64,000 nucleotides of DNA. It comes from a virus. A program made the translations under genes and the position numbers. This document shows positions 9,135-18,421 of the stretch, in pieces. The stretch's first letter is position 1. Every line of letters begins with the position of its first letter. The notes below the pieces were generated by a model that saw only the letters and a list, made by a program, of their open reading frames with translations, searched no databases and had not been told where the DNA came from. Location of the stretch: positions 29,398 to 93,397 of IMG/VR virus record IMGVR_UViG_3300021086_000003; one strand, 5' to 3'.

Positions 9135-9786
9135 GTGTCCCAGTGTGCGCTGATACCCCCCGGGGGTCTACCGATTACGTGTATTCCTGGGTGGGGGTGC
9201 CGTGCCGTCCCCTCCCAGGCACGGCACCCCCTGGGGTCGGGCTTGCCACCTGCACACACCCAGCACGGCGGCAGCCCTCCCGTCGCGGTGGCTGAGGGCC
9301 CCCGGCTCCTTGGCGGGGGGCGTTCCCCGGGGGGAGTTGCGGACGAAACGGGGGAGACCGGCGAATCACCAGATATTACGTATCGCCGGTACCCGTCGGC
9401 CGGTCCGTTTGGTGCAACAATGCGCGGCAAGCCCATGACTCCCTCTTGGCGGTGGGACTTGGGTCAGTGCCCGGCCGGTGCTTGCAACACCGGCCGGGCA
9501 TCACTGTGCTGTGGGTCCTCCGCAGGGGACCGGGCGGGGACGGCACGTTGGTGTCTGCCAGCGAAATGAGGGGCCGCACTCGGGGTTTCTCTACGGCGTG
9601 TGCATCTGCACTGGCAGACCGCCGGATATTACGTCCTACCCGGTAGTAGTACGCCAAATGGAAGACACAAACCGGTTACGAGAGCGAACCTTCAGTGTCC
9701 ATAAGGCGACGTAGGCCGGGTTTGTTCACTCGAATGCAGCGACAAACCAGACCAACCAACACCCGGCCGGCAGCGTATTGCCAGAG
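9135..9786. other. Hairpin-rich, gene-poor interval with GAT(AT)TACGT repeats
   Basis: 14-bp stem 9193-9231, 13-bp stem 9468-9500, 9-bp stem 9553-9619; GATATTACGT at 9372 and 9625, GATTACGT at 9173. Confidence 0.5.
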
Positions 9787-10554
9787 TCAACTGGTCAACA
9801 CCAACGACGGCGCCACCGACAGCGCCGGCATCGGCGAACCCGGCGCCGGCAACCACGTCGGCGGGACCACGGGCCAGGCCCCCATCGGGACTTGATGCAG
9901 GTTCGCGTACAGGTCGGAATGCACCTGGGCCGCAGTCCACGCATCCGTTGTCACCTGCGCTGGCGTCGCCACCGGGACACTGCCCGCCATCTCATGCCAC
10001 ACCGCGACCGCGCGCGCCGCGAACCGGATCGTCCCTGCGGCATCCGACCGGCCCAGCACGTCACCCAGTGCCGACGACGCCGACACGCCCGCCGCCCGCG
10101 ACTCGGTCGCCACACTGATCGACGTCGGCACCGACACCGCAATCTGCCGGGCGATACCCCGACACGAACCGGCGGAGCCACGCAACCTGGCCGCTACCCA
10201 CGGGTAATCCCGGTCGAGTTCGAGCGCCGCGAGATCCGCTACTGCACCCGCCCACCGCCACGCCAGTTCTGCCGGCACGTCCGCTGTACCCACCATGGCG
10301 TGCGCCACGTCGATCACCGCCGCCGAACAGGACCCACACAACAGGTCGACCTCGACCTCGGTGTGTGTACACACCCGGTCATTCAAGTGGTGCGCGAACC
10401 GCGCCAACGCGGGTGCCACGTTCTCCGGGTAGTCCACGATCCACCAGTCGCCGCGCTCCCGGGACACGAGATTCATTGCGCACATTTTCCCTGCGTGACG
10501 GTGGTGCGACCCCTTCGCCAGTCGCACCACCGGCACCGCGTCCACGTCGCTCAT
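9787..10554 (-). CDS. Conserved phage hypothetical protein (Cys/His-rich N-terminus)
   Basis: L..GSH...C.M..VS...D.P....P....F...LND pattern. Confidence 0.75.
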   Translation of the reverse strand: MSDVDAVPVVRLAKGSHHRHAGKMCAMNLVSRERGDWWIVDYPENVAPALARFAHHLNDRVCTHTEVEVDLLCGSCSAAVIDVAHAMVGTADVPAELAWRWAGAVADLAALELDRDYPWVAARLRGSAGSCRGIARQIAVSVPTSISVATESRAAGVSASSALGDVLGRSDAAGTIRFAARAVAVWHEMAGSVPVATPAQVTTDAWTAAQVHSDLYANLHQVPMGAWPVVPPTWLPAPGSPMPALSVAPSLVLTS

Positions 10555-10616
10555 CGGTAGCCAGTCCCCTTCCCGGCCGGATCATGCCCGGCTGGTGTGC
10601 GATACCGTCCAGTCAC

Positions 10617-10664
10617 GCGGGTGCGTCAGCATTGGCTGACAGCGAAGGATGCTGACGCACCCGC
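10617..10664. terminator. 16-bp perfect inverted repeat, terminator-like
   Basis: GCGGGTGCGTCAGCAT / ATGCTGACGCACCCGC between two minus-strand genes. Confidence 0.55.
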
Positions 10665-10692
10665 CTAACTTGGGTTTCTACGCGCGGTACCG

Positions 10693-11019
10693 CTATCGCG
10701 CGACGCGACACGCACCGGTTGATCCGGAAACGTCCGGAATTGGCCGGGGATGCAGCGAGTCCACACCGGACCAGTCCGGCGGGATTTCCGGCAGGGACAG
10801 CGACGACGTGCACCCCACCCGCTCACCCGCGATCGACCAGCGATACAGGGTGGCCTGCACGGGGGAGATCCACTGAGCCTTCACCACCACGACGGTGCTG
10901 TCCGGGCAGATGTGCCGGTGGGTGATGAGCTGGACCCGCGGGAGCGGTAGACGGGCCGGCACGAGATACCACGTGTCGGTGACCCAGTCGTACCGCTCCC
11001 GAGGGTCGAGGCGGGCCAT
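10693..11019 (-). CDS. Hypothetical protein
   Basis: 108 aa, TGATG coupling to the ATPase stop. Confidence 0.6.
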   Translation of the reverse strand: MARLDPRERYDWVTDTWYLVPARLPLPRVQLITHRHICPDSTVVVVKAQWISPVQATLYRWSIAGERVGCTSSLSLPEIPPDWSGVDSLHPRPIPDVSGSTGACRVAR

Positions 11020-12293
11020 CAGGCCGCGATGGGGCTGGCGTACTTCGGTTCGCTCATCATCTGCGCGAAGGTCACATCCGACTTGTCGTCAGCGGCCAGC
11101 ATCGTTTCCAGAACCGTGACGACGGACTCGAAGTCGGCGCCGGTCACGTCGCCGGCATGGGCGAGGTGGCGTTCGACGAGTTCCCCGACCAGGACCATCT
11201 TGGCGGCCGGGGTGTCCAGCTTGACCGGCACCTGGGCCAGCAGTTCGTTCAGTCGCGCCCAACCGCCCGGCGGCACGCCGGTTGACGCGGTCGTGGGCGT
11301 AGCCGCAGGCGCGATGGTCACAGCGGCGGCCGGTGCGGCGGGCTCGTGGGGCATGGCGGCGACAGCCGCGACTGCCCGCGCTACCGCAGGCGGCGTGTCC
11401 AACGCGCGACCGCGCGCCTTGATCAGCTCCCCCAGCACGGTGGGCTGATCGAACTCGTCAGTCACCGGGGCGTTGATCAGGCCCGCCCGGGACACCACCG
11501 CGAGCAGCGACAGCAAGTCGGCGCGGGTCGCGGCCGGGTCCAACGCCTGTACCCGATAGGCCATCGGCCCGGCGGCCAGGACTCCTTCCGAGCAGAACTC
11601 GCCGATGGTGGCCGCGAACTCGACGGTCGGCTTGGCGATGTAGGTGCCCTGCGGCACGACCAGCAGGTCGGACTTGGTGACCAACAGGCCGTTCTCCTGG
11701 TCCATGGCGCACACCAAGTCGAACTCGTATTCGAAGCCCTCGCGCTGGACCGGCTTCAAACCCACCTTGCGGGGAGTCGCGACGGTGCGCCCGCCGCGCT
11801 CCTTCTCCTCGATGACGTACTGGCTGGCGGTCCGCAGTGTCATCCACACGTGGCCCGGATAGGTGAGGACGGCGTCCCACATGCGGCGCTCGATGGGCGC
11901 CATCTCTTTCCATCCGCCACCGAACTTGTCGTTACGGCCGGTCGCGGCACCGCGCTTGTCGACCTGCTCCATCATGCCGTCTTGGCCATTCCAGTACAGC
12001 GACCCGGAGTCGATCATGATGCCGGGGTAGCCACGGCCAGCAGCGACACCAAGGATCTCGGTGAGGGTGGCGGGGTCGAAGGTGTGGGGCTCGACGATGT
12101 CAAACTGCCAGCCGTTGACGCCGACGTACTTCTTGGACCGGCCCCGTTCCGTGTCGATGACGGCGAACCGTTGGCCGCCACACAGGTGGTGCAGGACGGT
12201 CAGGCCGGTGTAGGTCTTCCCGGACCCACCGGGGCCGTGCGCGCAGATCCGGGAATGCACCTGTTCGCGAGTGGCCGGAACGAATTCGAACAT
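11019..12293 (-). CDS. AAA ATPase, Sak4-like recombination protein
   Basis: GPGGSGKT, VIDTE, IMIDS, PVQREGFEYEFD; RBS AAGGAG before ATG 12293. Confidence 0.8.
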   Translation of the reverse strand: MFEFVPATREQVHSRICAHGPGGSGKTYTGLTVLHHLCGGQRFAVIDTERGRSKKYVGVNGWQFDIVEPHTFDPATLTEILGVAAGRGYPGIMIDSGSLYWNGQDGMMEQVDKRGAATGRNDKFGGGWKEMAPIERRMWDAVLTYPGHVWMTLRTASQYVIEEKERGGRTVATPRKVGLKPVQREGFEYEFDLVCAMDQENGLLVTKSDLLVVPQGTYIAKPTVEFAATIGEFCSEGVLAAGPMAYRVQALDPAATRADLLSLLAVVSRAGLINAPVTDEFDQPTVLGELIKARGRALDTPPAVARAVAAVAAMPHEPAAPAAAVTIAPAATPTTASTGVPPGGWARLNELLAQVPVKLDTPAAKMVLVGELVERHLAHAGDVTGADFESVVTVLETMLAADDKSDVTFAQMMSEPKYASPIAA

Positions 12294-12492
12294 GTTCGTG
12301 CTCCTTGCGGGTGTCGTGGTGGACCCCACCAGTACACACCCAAACCGGGTAGAAGTCAACCGTAAAACCACCCGTGAGCAGGCAAAACAAGCGAAAACCG
12401 GGCACGCGAACCGCGCACCCGGCCATCGCCGCACACCTACCGACCGCCGTCCCCACCCATGATCCACGGCGCACCGACAATCCCCAGCCGAG

Positions 12493-12825
12493 TCACTCGC
12501 CGCGCTGCTCCAGCAACTCATTCAGGAGACCAGCGACAGTCCCCAGGGCGGCCACGGCCTGCCGAATCCGCCGCGCGTGACGCCGACTCAGTTCGATGGA
12601 CGCAGTGATGCCGAGAAGCCAATGCACATCGGTGTCCAGCACTGCGGCCAGCCGCACGAGAGTCTCCGTGCTGACCGCGTTCTGGCCGGTCTCCCACTTG
12701 CACACCGCTGCCTGACTGCACCCGAGTGCAGCCCCAACCGCACCCTGACTCAACCCGGTCGCGAGACGTGCTTCGGCGAGACGAGCACCTATCGCCACGT
12801 CCCATGCCCGTACCGGATCAGGCAT
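12493..12825 (-). CDS. XRE-family HTH regulator
   Basis: ARLATGLSQGAVGAALGCSQAAVCKWETG. Confidence 0.85.
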   Translation of the reverse strand: MPDPVRAWDVAIGARLAEARLATGLSQGAVGAALGCSQAAVCKWETGQNAVSTETLVRLAAVLDTDVHWLLGITASIELSRRHARRIRQAVAALGTVAGLLNELLEQRGE

Positions 12826-12846
12826 GGGCGCCGGTCAATGCATCGG

Positions 12847-13155
12847 TCATCGCAAGTCCTCCAGCACGTCATCCCAATGGGCCGGCGTCCACAACCGCCC
12901 GTGTTCGCCGAGTGCGGCCAGCCACGCCAACTGGTCAGCCGTAGCCGTGCCCCTCGCTGACTTCAACTCGACCAGCAGTACCCGGCTGCGGCGGCTGAGG
13001 ATCAAGTCCGGTAGGCCGTGATCGCCGTCGTACGGCACCGTCCAGCCATGGGCTGTACGAGCGGGGCGAATGTGGACCCAGCGCCATCCACGGAGCGTGG
13101 CGTAGTCGGTGACGCGCTTTTGAAAGTCCGCTTCGGACATGAGCAGGCCGGTCAT
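12847..13155 (-). CDS. VRR-NUC nuclease / resolvase
   Basis: SEADFQ..V, GLPDLIL, VELKS...TADQ..W. Confidence 0.85.
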   Translation of the reverse strand: MTGLLMSEADFQKRVTDYATLRGWRWVHIRPARTAHGWTVPYDGDHGLPDLILSRRSRVLLVELKSARGTATADQLAWLAALGEHGRLWTPAHWDDVLEDLR

Positions 13156-13427
13156 GGCTGGACCTTGGGTGGCGAGGACTTGGCCCGCGCCCGCCACTGT
13201 TGCAGGCACTCGTAGTACCGCAACTCGTGGTACCCGGTCGGCTCCCGGCGCTTTTTCCCCTGCTTAGGGCGGGCCTCCCATGCGCAGATGGTGGTCCAGG
13301 ACACCCCCACCTCAAGGCTGGCGTCAACCTGCGTCAAGCGGGCACCGATACGCCAGTCGCGGGCCTGCCCTGACGTAATCCACTTGGTCAAGGTGGCCTG
13401 TTCCTGTGGAGACAGCAGTGACTTCAT
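13152..13427 (-). CDS. XRE-like HTH regulator (leaderless)
   Basis: RIGARLTQVDASLEVGVSWTTICAWE; -10 TACCAT ends 7 nt before ATG. Confidence 0.7.
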   Translation of the reverse strand: MKSLLSPQEQATLTKWITSGQARDWRIGARLTQVDASLEVGVSWTTICAWEARPKQGKKRREPTGYHELRYYECLQQWRARAKSSPPKVQP

Positions 13428-13434
13428 GGTCCGC

Positions 13435-13516
13435 ATGGTAGCCGTTGGACACACCATGTGACAACCCGCCCGGCATAGCGGACAGCATTGCGGCTGGCGT
13501 GTCCGTCGCGTAGGAT
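13435..13516. promoter_or_regulatory. Divergent promoter pair
   Basis: Leftward TTGTCA-N18-TACCAT; rightward TTGCGG-N17-TAGGAT (13488-13516). Confidence 0.6.
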
Positions 13517-13524
13517 TGGACCTG

Positions 13525-15132
13525 ATGACCAGCCATGACGACACCTCGCCGCGATCCGCTGGGCTGACTGCTGACCTGGTGGTCGAAGGGTTCGCCGGGC
13601 CGGGCGGCTGGAGTGAGGGCCTACGCCTCGCGGGCTACGAAGGCGTGGCCGTGGGCCTGGAACACGACATGGCCGCGTGCCGCACCGCTGTCGCCGCTGG
13701 CCACGCCCGGATCTGCGCCGACGTGGCCACCTACCCCACCGCGCCGTTCGAGGGCCGGGTGGACGGCCTGATCCAGTCGCCGCCGTGCCAGGGCTGGTCA
13801 AACGCCGGGGATCGGAAAGGAGAACTGGACCGGGCCGCCGTACATGCCCGGCTGGTGGCGTTCGCGCAGGGTCGTGAACCAGCCATGGTGCAGTGGCATG
13901 ACGAACGCTCACCGCTGGCCGCCGAACCGATGCGGTGGGCCTACGCGCTGCGTCCCCGCTGGATCGCCTTGGAGCAGGTTCCCCCAGTGCTGCCACTGTG
14001 GGAGCACATGGCGGTTCTGCTGCGCGGCATGGGCTACCGGGTGTGGACCGGGATCTTGTCCGCAGAGGAATATGGAGTGCCCCAAACGCGCAAACGCGCG
14101 ATTCTCGTGGCCCGCCGAGACGGGTTGCCGGTGGGGCCGCCGACGCCGACGCATCAGTCGTACCGCTCGGGCGTTGCCTACGAAACCGAGGCGTCCCTGT
14201 TCGGCGACCCACTACCTCGCCCGGTGTCGATGGCGGACGCGCTGGGGTGGGGCCTGCCGGATCAGCCCAGTTCTGTGGTGATGACGGCACGCGGTCGCCA
14301 GGCCGGCCCGGAGGACGCGTTGCGGGGTTCGTCGTGGCGGCACGCCTGGTTCCAGCGGCAGATTGCGGACGGCAACTGGGTGATGCGGTCGAGCTACGGC
14401 ACCAGTGGCGACCCGTCCGACCGGGGCGAGCGGGACTCCGCCGAACCGGCACCGACCGCCACCGGGAAGATCAACCGGAACAAGTTGGTGCTGCGCGGTA
14501 GCCAGGCTGTAGGTGGTGACCCGGACCAGCGGAGCGAACGTACCGAGGACGAGCCAGCTCAGACGGTGATGTCCACCGTGAACCGCAGTATGTGGACGAT
14601 CGAGTCCGCGTCACGCAGGAAGGTCAACGACCGCACCCATCCCCGTAGTGCCGACGACCCAGCGATGACTGTGGCGTTCGGGCACTCGGACATGCAGTGG
14701 GTGATGCGCAACGGCAACCAAGCCAATGCCTGCGCCCGCGCCCGCGCCCTGGACGAGCCTGCCGGCACCCTGTTCTTCGGTCAACGCACCAACGCGGTGG
14801 ACTGGGTCGTGTGTCCTGGCAACAACTCGCGCGTCGCCAAGGACAAGGTGCTGCCGTATCACCGGGATGTCGCAGCACCGTCAACAGGGCTGACCTCGAA
14901 CGTGGGCAGTTGGCGCGTGCACGGCCCGGCAGGTGACGAGTGCGGGGACGCTCGTACCGGTGAGCAGTCGGTGCGGGTCACGGTCCAGGAGGCTGGCGTG
15001 TTGCAGTCGTTCCGCGCTGACTACCCGTGGACGGGCACCAAGTCTCAGCAGTACCGATGCGTCGGGGACGCCGTGCCGCCATTGCTGGCCGCGGCGATCC
15101 TGCGCCCGCTGATCGCGCGGGGTGACTTGTGA
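13525..15132 (+). CDS. DNA (cytosine-5) methyltransferase with five tandem variable-region repeats
   Basis: FAGPGG (I), SPPCQ (IV), EQV (VI), QTRKR (VIII), VGDAVPP (X). Confidence 0.92.
   Translation: MTSHDDTSPRSAGLTADLVVEGFAGPGGWSEGLRLAGYEGVAVGLEHDMAACRTAVAAGHARICADVATYPTAPFEGRVDGLIQSPPCQGWSNAGDRKGELDRAAVHARLVAFAQGREPAMVQWHDERSPLAAEPMRWAYALRPRWIALEQVPPVLPLWEHMAVLLRGMGYRVWTGILSAEEYGVPQTRKRAILVARRDGLPVGPPTPTHQSYRSGVAYETEASLFGDPLPRPVSMADALGWGLPDQPSSVVMTARGRQAGPEDALRGSSWRHAWFQRQIADGNWVMRSSYGTSGDPSDRGERDSAEPAPTATGKINRNKLVLRGSQAVGGDPDQRSERTEDEPAQTVMSTVNRSMWTIESASRRKVNDRTHPRSADDPAMTVAFGHSDMQWVMRNGNQANACARARALDEPAGTLFFGQRTNAVDWVVCPGNNSRVAKDKVLPYHRDVAAPSTGLTSNVGSWRVHGPAGDECGDARTGEQSVRVTVQEAGVLQSFRADYPWTGTKSQQYRCVGDAVPPLLAAAILRPLIARGDL
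14377..14910 (+). repeat. Five 35-36 aa protein repeats inside the C5-MTase
   Basis: Units begin W/L-V-x-R and carry R-x3-(E/D)PA-x-T; lengths 36+36+35+35+36 aa. Confidence 0.75.
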
Positions 15133-15614
15133 GAAGTACCCCGCTGCACCGTGGAACGGGCTTGAAGCGGCGCACCCCGATGCCGCACAGGCAGGCGCCG
15201 ATGCGTCCACGCGCGACACCGAAACCGGGTGAGTCAGCGGTGAGGGCTGGCGGCCAGCGGATAGTGAAGCGGCGATCCAGGGGGCTGTGCGAGATCCAGA
15301 TCCCGGGGGTGTGCTTCCGGCGGGCCGGGAACTGGCATCACCGCCAGAACGGTTCAGCCGGTGGAACGTGGTGTCCGGCGAACGGGTTGCATCTCTGTGG
15401 AAGTGGATCTACAGGCTGCCACGGTGCGGTCACCGATACGCACGGCAATCGCGCCGAGTATGAGCGCCTGGGGTGGATCGTGCCGAGCTGGCGCGACCCG
15501 GCCCGGAAGCGCGTGTGGTACCGCCAGGACCGATGGGTGCGGCTGCACCCGGACGGCAGGTTGACCGATGCACCGAACGAGGATGAGGAGGAGTCGTGCC
15601 GCACTACGACGTGA
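15129..15614 (+). CDS. HNH endonuclease
   Basis: GLCE...C, WHHR, NGLHLCGSGSTGCHG. Confidence 0.85.
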   Translation: MRSTPLHRGTGLKRRTPMPHRQAPMRPRATPKPGESAVRAGGQRIVKRRSRGLCEIQIPGVCFRRAGNWHHRQNGSAGGTWCPANGLHLCGSGSTGCHGAVTDTHGNRAEYERLGWIVPSWRDPARKRVWYRQDRWVRLHPDGRLTDAPNEDEEESCRTTT

Positions 15615-15835
15615 CACCCGAGCAGCCAGGACCATCGGTGGGCCGCTCCCCGCTGTTGGGGTTCGTGGTCGCGGCTGGCGTGGCCTACGCGTTCACCGCG
15701 GTGACTGTCGACCTGGGGCTGTCCGCAACGAGCGTCGGGTTCGGCGTGCTGTCGGCGGTGGTGGCGCTGCGAATCGCGGTCCGGCATCTGCCGCGGTGGC
15801 TACGGGCCCGGCGTGCACAACGGGCCGGTGACTGA
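15596..15835 (+). CDS. Small membrane protein
   Basis: Two hydrophobic helices. Confidence 0.65.
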   Translation: MPHYDVTPEQPGPSVGRSPLLGFVVAAGVAYAFTAVTVDLGLSATSVGFGVLSAVVALRIAVRHLPRWLRARRAQRAGD

Positions 15836-16137
15836 TGCCTGGACGAGCAGGCCGGCACCGGCTGGAGTCGCCACGTCCGCCAGCGGCGAGGACGGACCGG
15901 GCTGGTACTGCGGTGGCGGTGTTGGTGCTGGTGTCGGGGGAGGTGGTGGCAGCGACTGCGGCATGGTTGGCAGCGGATGTGGCGGCCACGGACCACACGG
16001 TGCTCGCCGGCGTGGTGTTGGTGGCCGTGCTCGCGGTGGCGGTGGCGTGGCCCGCTGGGTGGGCGTGGTGGCACCGGCGGACCGTGACCGTGACGGTGCT
16101 GCCCCCGGCTGGTAGGGCCCAGGTGCGGGACCGGTGA
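15835..16137 (+). CDS. Small membrane protein
   Basis: Hydrophobic helices; TGATG overlap. Confidence 0.6.
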   Translation: MPGRAGRHRLESPRPPAARTDRAGTAVAVLVLVSGEVVAATAAWLAADVAATDHTVLAGVVLVAVLAVAVAWPAGWAWWHRRTVTVTVLPPAGRAQVRDR

Positions 16138-16454
16138 CGCGAAACGAGGCGGGCCAGAAATGGCTGCACCGGCCGGAGGGTGCGGGGGTGCCGCCGGCGG
16201 ACAAGGCGCGGGTCGCGAATCGGGCGGTCGCGGATGCGGGCCGGTTGTCGACGGCACTGCGATGCCAGGACCCGGCGGAGGTGTGGCGGACCCTGGCGCG
16301 GTGGTCAACGGACGACCCGGTCCGGTTGATCGCCGCAGCGTTCGCGGCGGTCGCGATGACCCCGGATGACCGGTCGCACCGGAGGCTGTTGGCGTGGATT
16401 GACGCGGCAGTGCCCGCTTTGACCCTTGTTCGCGACGGGTCGTCACCGACATAG
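16134..16454 (+). CDS. Hypothetical protein
   Basis: GTGA overlap; 106 aa. Confidence 0.65.
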   Translation: MTRNEAGQKWLHRPEGAGVPPADKARVANRAVADAGRLSTALRCQDPAEVWRTLARWSTDDPVRLIAAAFAAVAMTPDDRSHRRLLAWIDAAVPALTLVRDGSSPT

Positions 16455-16591
16455 CACACGTGGTGACGGTTGGTGGACTAGTGGGCCGTTAACCGTTCCC
16501 CCGAATGGCCTGCACCGCCACAATCGATGGCTATGCGTGATCCCACCGCCATGACACAGGCCGGCGTGAGCTGGCCGGGAGGAAGCCACCC

Positions 16592-17071
16592 GTGACCGAC
16601 GTCCTCACCGCACCCGCCCTCACTCCCGCCGAAGAGCAGGCCGAACGCTGGTTCCGGATCGCCGAACACCTCCGCGACCACCCGCACCTCCCCACGATCG
16701 ACGAAGTCAGCGGCCGGCAACTGCTCCGCGACTACGTCGACCGGCAGGCCAGCGCCCTCGCCGACTGGGTCGACTCCATGGAAGACCCGGTCCTCGAAGT
16801 TGAAACCGCGCACGCCCACCCGCTGGACGGCGGGGTCATCGTGACCGGCACCATCGGCGGCGGAGCCTGCGTGATCCAGTTGTCCACGGAGGTCAAGGGC
16901 TTGTCCGGGTTCGTGGGCCTGCCCGACCCGGTAGACGCGCTGCGCCGAGTCCCGATCACCGCCGCCGACCTGCGGCTGTTCGACGACACCCACCACCCGC
17001 TACCCATTACCGGTGACCTGCTGCCCGACCCGGACTGCGGCGGGGACGACGAGGGCGGGGTGTCGGGGTGA
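16592..17071 (+). CDS. Hypothetical protein
   Basis: RBS GGAGG; 159 aa. Confidence 0.75.
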   Translation: MTDVLTAPALTPAEEQAERWFRIAEHLRDHPHLPTIDEVSGRQLLRDYVDRQASALADWVDSMEDPVLEVETAHAHPLDGGVIVTGTIGGGACVIQLSTEVKGLSGFVGLPDPVDALRRVPITAADLRLFDDTHHPLPITGDLLPDPDCGGDDEGGVSG

Positions 17072-17286
17072 GCGGTGTGGACGAGGCCACCCGGCGGGCC
17101 CAGGGCTTCGTACACGTGCACGGCCCAGTCCTCAACGTGGTGCCGAAACCCAGCAGGTGCGGGACGTGCGGGCGGCGTTCCGCGACCTCGATACACCACC
17201 TGTGTGTGGTGTGGCTGGGGTGCGGGCACACCACGGCGTTGCCGCCGTTGACGGTGCTGCGGTACCGGAGGCCGGTCCGGGTGTGA
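17068..17286 (+). CDS. Small Cys-containing protein
   Basis: CGTC and CGH motifs; GTGA overlap. Confidence 0.55.
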   Translation: MSGVDEATRRAQGFVHVHGPVLNVVPKPSRCGTCGRRSATSIHHLCVVWLGCGHTTALPPLTVLRYRRPVRV

Positions 17287-17503
17287 TCGGCGGGTGTGTC
17301 GGCACCGGACCACCACTGGTTGGCGGGTCATACTGGCTGTGGTGATCGGGCCGTTTGCGCAGCTTGCGAAGGCTGTGCAGCACCCCCGCTAGGTCCCACC
17401 GCCCACGTCGCCGGGGTTGTCCGGTACCCGCACCATCGGATGACCTCGGCGACGCGGCCCCGGCACGCGCCGGGCCGTCGCGCATCCCCAGAGAGACGAG
17501 ATC

Positions 17504-17710
17504 ATGAACCTGTTGCGTCGCCACTGGTGGCTGGTGAGCATGGGCATCAACACCTTCGCCGCGACCTTCAGCGCGGTGGCGACAGTCGCGAACTTGGTAC
17601 GACACGACCCAACGGCGGCGGCCATGCACGGCGCCGCCATGTCGGCCACCGCCATGTGGGCGTTGCAGGCGTACAGCTACCGGCACGGCGCGACAGGGCG
17701 ACCTGAGTAG
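17504..17710 (+). CDS. Small membrane protein
   Basis: Two hydrophobic segments. Confidence 0.65.
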   Translation: MNLLRRHWWLVSMGINTFAATFSAVATVANLVRHDPTAAAMHGAAMSATAMWALQAYSYRHGATGRPE

Positions 17711-17759
17711 CACCACGCAGCGTTTCCGCGCGAGGTGATCGCGCAGGTAAGCCACCAAT

Positions 17760-17819
17760 TAACACACACTGTCCGCAATGCTGGATAGCATTGCGGACAG
17801 TGTGTGTTACGCGTAGAAT
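17760..17819 (+). promoter_or_regulatory. 23-bp perfect palindrome over a leaderless promoter
   Basis: TAACACACACTGTCCGCAATGCT-ggat-AGCATTGCGGACAGTGTGTGTTA; TTGCGG-N17-TAGAAT, ATG after 7 nt. Confidence 0.7.
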
Positions 17820-17826
17820 CAGACCC

Positions 17827-18207
17827 ATGAGCACCACGATCGCCTACCCGTTCGTTACGACGGTGCACCGCCCCGGACTGGGGGACGTGTACCTCGGATT
17901 TGACTACCAATACCAAGCTGAACACGCGTCTTCGTCACTCAGCGACGACCTCCGCTGCACAGCACACGTCGAAGGCACCACGATCACATGGGGCGCCACG
18001 CCGGACGGAGCGACACCACTGGCGCCGCTACCTGCCGACCCGTGCGAGGTGGCCCTCCTGCTCGAACAGGAAGACCTCAACCAGCCGACCGGCCACAACT
18101 TCCCGGACTCGTGGACGCGATTGAAGGCGCAGGAGGGCTACGAGACAGCCGTGCGGATCTGGCGGAACGCCTGCCGGTGGCTGGACCGCGACGACGCGGA
18201 GAACTGA
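17827..18207 (+). CDS. Hypothetical protein (leaderless)
   Basis: 126 aa. Confidence 0.75.
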   Translation: MSTTIAYPFVTTVHRPGLGDVYLGFDYQYQAEHASSSLSDDLRCTAHVEGTTITWGATPDGATPLAPLPADPCEVALLLEQEDLNQPTGHNFPDSWTRLKAQEGYETAVRIWRNACRWLDRDDAEN

Positions 18208-18263
18208 CTGACCAGCAACTTAACACTCAATTTGCCTTCCACCACACTCGAAAGGCCACCACC

Positions 18264-18398
18264 ATGAGCAACCCATCCGGTGAAACGCTCGGCGACCGGG
18301 CCCGCGACGTCCAGACCACGCCGCCATCCCGCTCGCCCGTCACGACAGACCAGGCCATGGACGCTGTCCGTCGCGGCAATGCCACCCGCAAGCGATAG
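18264..18398 (+). CDS. Small hypothetical protein
   Basis: RBS GAAAGG; 44 aa. Confidence 0.5.
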   Translation: MSNPSGETLGDRARDVQTTPPSRSPVTTDQAMDAVRRGNATRKR

Positions 18399-18421
18399 CC
18401 CCAGCAACCCAAAGGACCCGC

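Noticed and set aside
9240-9620. Hammerhead or other self-cleaving ribozyme
   Set aside because: No CUGAnGA plus GAAA core in the correct helical context found on either strand
12286-12298. CGAACATGTTCG palindrome as a LexA box
   Set aside because: GAAC-GTTC spacing is 2 nt rather than 4, and it coincides with the codons for MFE
17296-17706. 136-aa Cys-containing ORF
   Set aside because: Overlaps the better-supported 17504-17710 gene for 200 nt; only the 5' part might be coding
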